Shown piece by piece: positions 61,360-64,000 of a stretch of DNA of 64,000 nucleotides. Both the position numbers and the translations under genes were made by a program. The notes beneath the pieces were generated by a model. The model did no database searches, had not been told where the DNA came from, and worked only from the letters and a program-made list of their open reading frames with translations. Positions within the stretch are counted from its first letter, which is position 1. Each line of letters begins with the position of its first letter. This DNA is from an uncultured Hormoscilla sp. (GTDB taxonomy: Bacteria > Cyanobacteriota > Cyanobacteriia > Cyanobacteriales > Desertifilaceae): contig OZ001293.3 of NCBI GenBank assembly GCA_963921275.4, forward strand, positions 1,024,001-1,088,000, in the 5' to 3' direction.

Positions 61360-61560
61360 TCGACAACCCCTTGACAGGTAACACAGTATCTACAGAGCAA
61401 AAGTTGTCCGTTGTAGGTCACGCCGAGCCGATCGCCCCTTATCCAAGCTAGCGCGTAGCGCACTGCGTATTAAGATACTTCCAGAATACGCGATCGATGG
61501 TCACCATCTTTCCTAATGTCAAGCCTACAGATGCACCCGATGTACAGATGCACCCGTTGT

Positions 61561-61626
61561 CAATTCTCAATTCTCAATTCTCAATTCTCCATTCTCAATT
61601 CTCCATTTCCAATTCTCCATTCTCAA
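61561..61626. repeat. Heptamer tandem repeat (CAATTCT; STRR-type)
   Basis: About nine imperfect units directly after the TpsB gene. Confidence 0.85.
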
Positions 61627-61634
61627 GGATATAA

Positions 61635-63347
61635 TCAAAATTGGAAGTTAATATTGAAGTTGAAACCGCGCTCTTGAGCATTGTTACCGCGATCGTCCAG
61701 ACGAACCAAAGGCAAAGCATAGTCAAACCGCATCTGGAGTCCCTCAAGTTCCAAGGATAATCCCAAACCGACACTAGCGAGAAAGTTCTGTTCTCGTAAA
61801 GAATTGGGATTATCAGGTTGATTCCAGACCATGCCCAGATCGAGAAAGGGTATCAGCTGTAGAGTCAAATTATCTGTAACATCCCGCTGCACGGTAATCC
61901 TGTCTTCAATAGAGACCCTAAATCCATTATCTGCTAACCGTGCATTTTGTCTATAGCCCCTGACCGATTGGCCACCGCCAATCGAAAACTGCCGGGAAGA
62001 TAAGAGGCTATCAGGAGTCAACTGTAGGTCAGTCTGCAAAATCAGTAAATGGTCTGCTCCCAAACGTTGAACCCGCCTGCCAGAAAAAACCCAACTGAAG
62101 AAATGTCCATCGGGAATCGGGTCAGGATTTATTGTAGCATCTAATAAGCCCGTGCCGAAACTAAACTGCGAGCGCAGCGCCCACGCGCTATTAACTTCAC
62201 GCCGCAAGAAAGAGGTGCTTAGTTGCACCACACTGGTACGACTTTTCCCATCTTCATCGGGTCCTGAACCAATGCCAAACAGTTGATTTTCAGGGATAAA
62301 AGTTTGACCACTTTGGTGAGAAAACCAGACCTGTAAGGATAATTCTTCTATTCTCCCTTCACGGATGTTCTGCACTAGAGGTTGCTGATAATTTATCTCA
62401 AAAGCCCTGGCTTGACCCCGAATACCTAACTCCTGAAATGGGTCCGCAGTGATAGCATAGCGATTACCTGCTATCCTGAAGACGATCGCGCCATCTCTAG
62501 GATTAAGAGGAACCTGATAATCAAAGGAATAAGCATTAGCACCGCCTGTAGTAGTGCGGCTATAGGATGCGGCCAACTCATCTCCAATACCAATTAAATT
62601 ATGATAGCGGACAACACCGCCAAATCGTTCGCTGCCAATACTGGGATGCGAAGAGTTATCAACAAACAAGCTAGTATTCTCATGCTTTGCCTCTGTAACG
62701 CGAACCATGAGAATACTCTTACCGATATCACTGCCTGCCCGCAGACTAGCTTCCACATTTTCAAACATCCGATTAAGATTCAGCAATCTTAACCTCTCTT
62801 CCAGGGTACTGCTATTGAGAGGTATCTTAGCACCAAGACGTATCCGCGATCGGATGTAATCGGGATTGACTCGGCGGGTTCCTTCTACCTCGATCGACTC
62901 CAGAGACCCTTCGATCACCCGAATCTGCACGACCCCTGCGGTAATCTCCTGATCTGGTACAATAGCCCTAGAGTTTATAAAGCCCCCGTTGAGGTACAAT
63001 TTGGTAATGAGATCGGCTGTTTGAGTTATTTCTTTGAGTGTAACATAACGCCCCTCCAAAGGTTGGACGATCGGGTCAATGACATCAGCACCGAAAATAG
63101 TACTACCTGTGACTAAAATTTTCTCGATCGCAATCTTCGGTTCCGGTTCTGGCGATTGGTTTGATATTGCATCATGAGAGGATATAGAAGGCGAACTTGC
63201 CCAACTATTGGTAATACAGGCAAGAACAACCAAACTAGAAATTAACAACCCATATCCACAGGATATCGCCCCCGCAGCCTTTTCGTTGGTGACGGGCAGA
63301 TCCTGAGCCTTTTCGTTCCCAGACAGAGCCCTTGTCATTACCCACAT
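61635..63347 (-). CDS. ShlB/FhaC/HecB-family (TpsB) outer-membrane transporter
   Basis: POTRA domains, GGGQSVRGY, C-terminal Phe; start uncertain. Confidence 0.92.
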   Translation of the reverse strand: MWVMTRALSGNEKAQDLPVTNEKAAGAISCGYGLLISSLVVLACITNSWASSPSISSHDAISNQSPEPEPKIAIEKILVTGSTIFGADVIDPIVQPLEGRYVTLKEITQTADLITKLYLNGGFINSRAIVPDQEITAGVVQIRVIEGSLESIEVEGTRRVNPDYIRSRIRLGAKIPLNSSTLEERLRLLNLNRMFENVEASLRAGSDIGKSILMVRVTEAKHENTSLFVDNSSHPSIGSERFGGVVRYHNLIGIGDELAASYSRTTTGGANAYSFDYQVPLNPRDGAIVFRIAGNRYAITADPFQELGIRGQARAFEINYQQPLVQNIREGRIEELSLQVWFSHQSGQTFIPENQLFGIGSGPDEDGKSRTSVVQLSTSFLRREVNSAWALRSQFSFGTGLLDATINPDPIPDGHFFSWVFSGRRVQRLGADHLLILQTDLQLTPDSLLSSRQFSIGGGQSVRGYRQNARLADNGFRVSIEDRITVQRDVTDNLTLQLIPFLDLGMVWNQPDNPNSLREQNFLASVGLGLSLELEGLQMRFDYALPLVRLDDRGNNAQERGFNFNINFQF

Positions 63348-63459
63348 TTTTTAAGTAATCTTTTAGATCGGGCATCGGTAGTGGTTCAACTAAGCCGGGG
63401 AGTCGCCTCCCCGAGGAGTCTCCAAAACCGTGCTTGATAGTTTCCCATCACAGGGCTCC

Positions 63460-64000
63460 TCAATGGCGTCGTTGACCTGGTTTTTGATATTTTTGCTCCC
63501 AAGCCTGGAGTAGATGTGAGGTTTTCACTGATGTCAGAGGTGATTCGGCTACAGCATAGAAGGCTGCTTGACGGGCCAGTTCCTTTATTTCTCCCCCACT
63601 CAAGCGCCAGCGCTGGGCCAGAAACTGCCAATCTATGTCAGGATCTAGGGGGACTTGGGCCGGAAATGCCTGTTGCCACAACTGCAGCCTCGCGCCTTCG
63701 TGAGGTAAGGGAAATTCGATTATCCGGTCTAATTGTCGCACGATGCTGGGTTTTACCGTTTGTCGCTGTTCCACCGTCAGCAGGGTAATACAATGCTCCG
63801 AAGATCGCTGGTGCATGAATTGGTTGATTTCAGTTGCCGTCAGACTGCCATTGCGACCCAACCACTCTTGTGTCGATTTTACCAGTAATACCCTTGGCGA
63901 TGTTGCCATTATTTCTGCCCATACTTGCTTTTGACCATAGCTGTCCAGTAAAGCTAAATCCGTCGTTACTAAAGGTCTTTGTAAGCTATGGGCGATCGTC
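63460..64000 (-). CDS. AAA+ ATPase-like protein, C-terminal part (continues beyond the window)
   Basis: IEFPLP...RLQLWQQAFP...LSGGEI; frame open to the window edge. Confidence 0.75.
   Translation of the reverse strand, partial: TIAHSLQRPLVTTDLALLDSYGQKQVWAEIMATSPRVLLVKSTQEWLGRNGSLTATEINQFMHQRSSEHCITLLTVEQRQTVKPSIVRQLDRIIEFPLPHEGARLQLWQQAFPAQVPLDPDIDWQFLAQRWRLSGGEIKELARQAAFYAVAESPLTSVKTSHLLQAWEQKYQKPGQRRH

Overview
Cyanobacterial DNA (many GCGATCGC/HIP1 octamers; ftsQ, ftsZ, hetF, ispD, tRNA-Lys), heavily invaded by mobile DNA and rich in pseudogenes. Three systems stand out. (1) A ~11-kb cluster (46984-58245) downstream of tRNA-Lys that looks like aminoglycoside/aminocyclitol biosynthesis: an inosose-type aminotransferase fused to a GT2, a twitch/SPASM-type radical SAM enzyme, two methyltransferases, a second GT2, myo-inositol-1-phosphate synthase and an ABC exporter. 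(2) A group II intron ecosystem. Four ORF-less introns sit only inside other mobile elements, have EBS1 loops matching their own targets, and appear to end in -CY rather than -AY. Two of them are nested in one RT-encoding intron that interrupts a giant Calx-beta/Ig/RHS gene. (3) A 45-bp hairpin element that inserts just 5' of CG, often at HIP1-like sites, and adds 15 aa in frame; three copies lie within hetF. Family assignments come from remembered motifs, not database searches. Some frameshifts at homopolymers may be sequencing errors.
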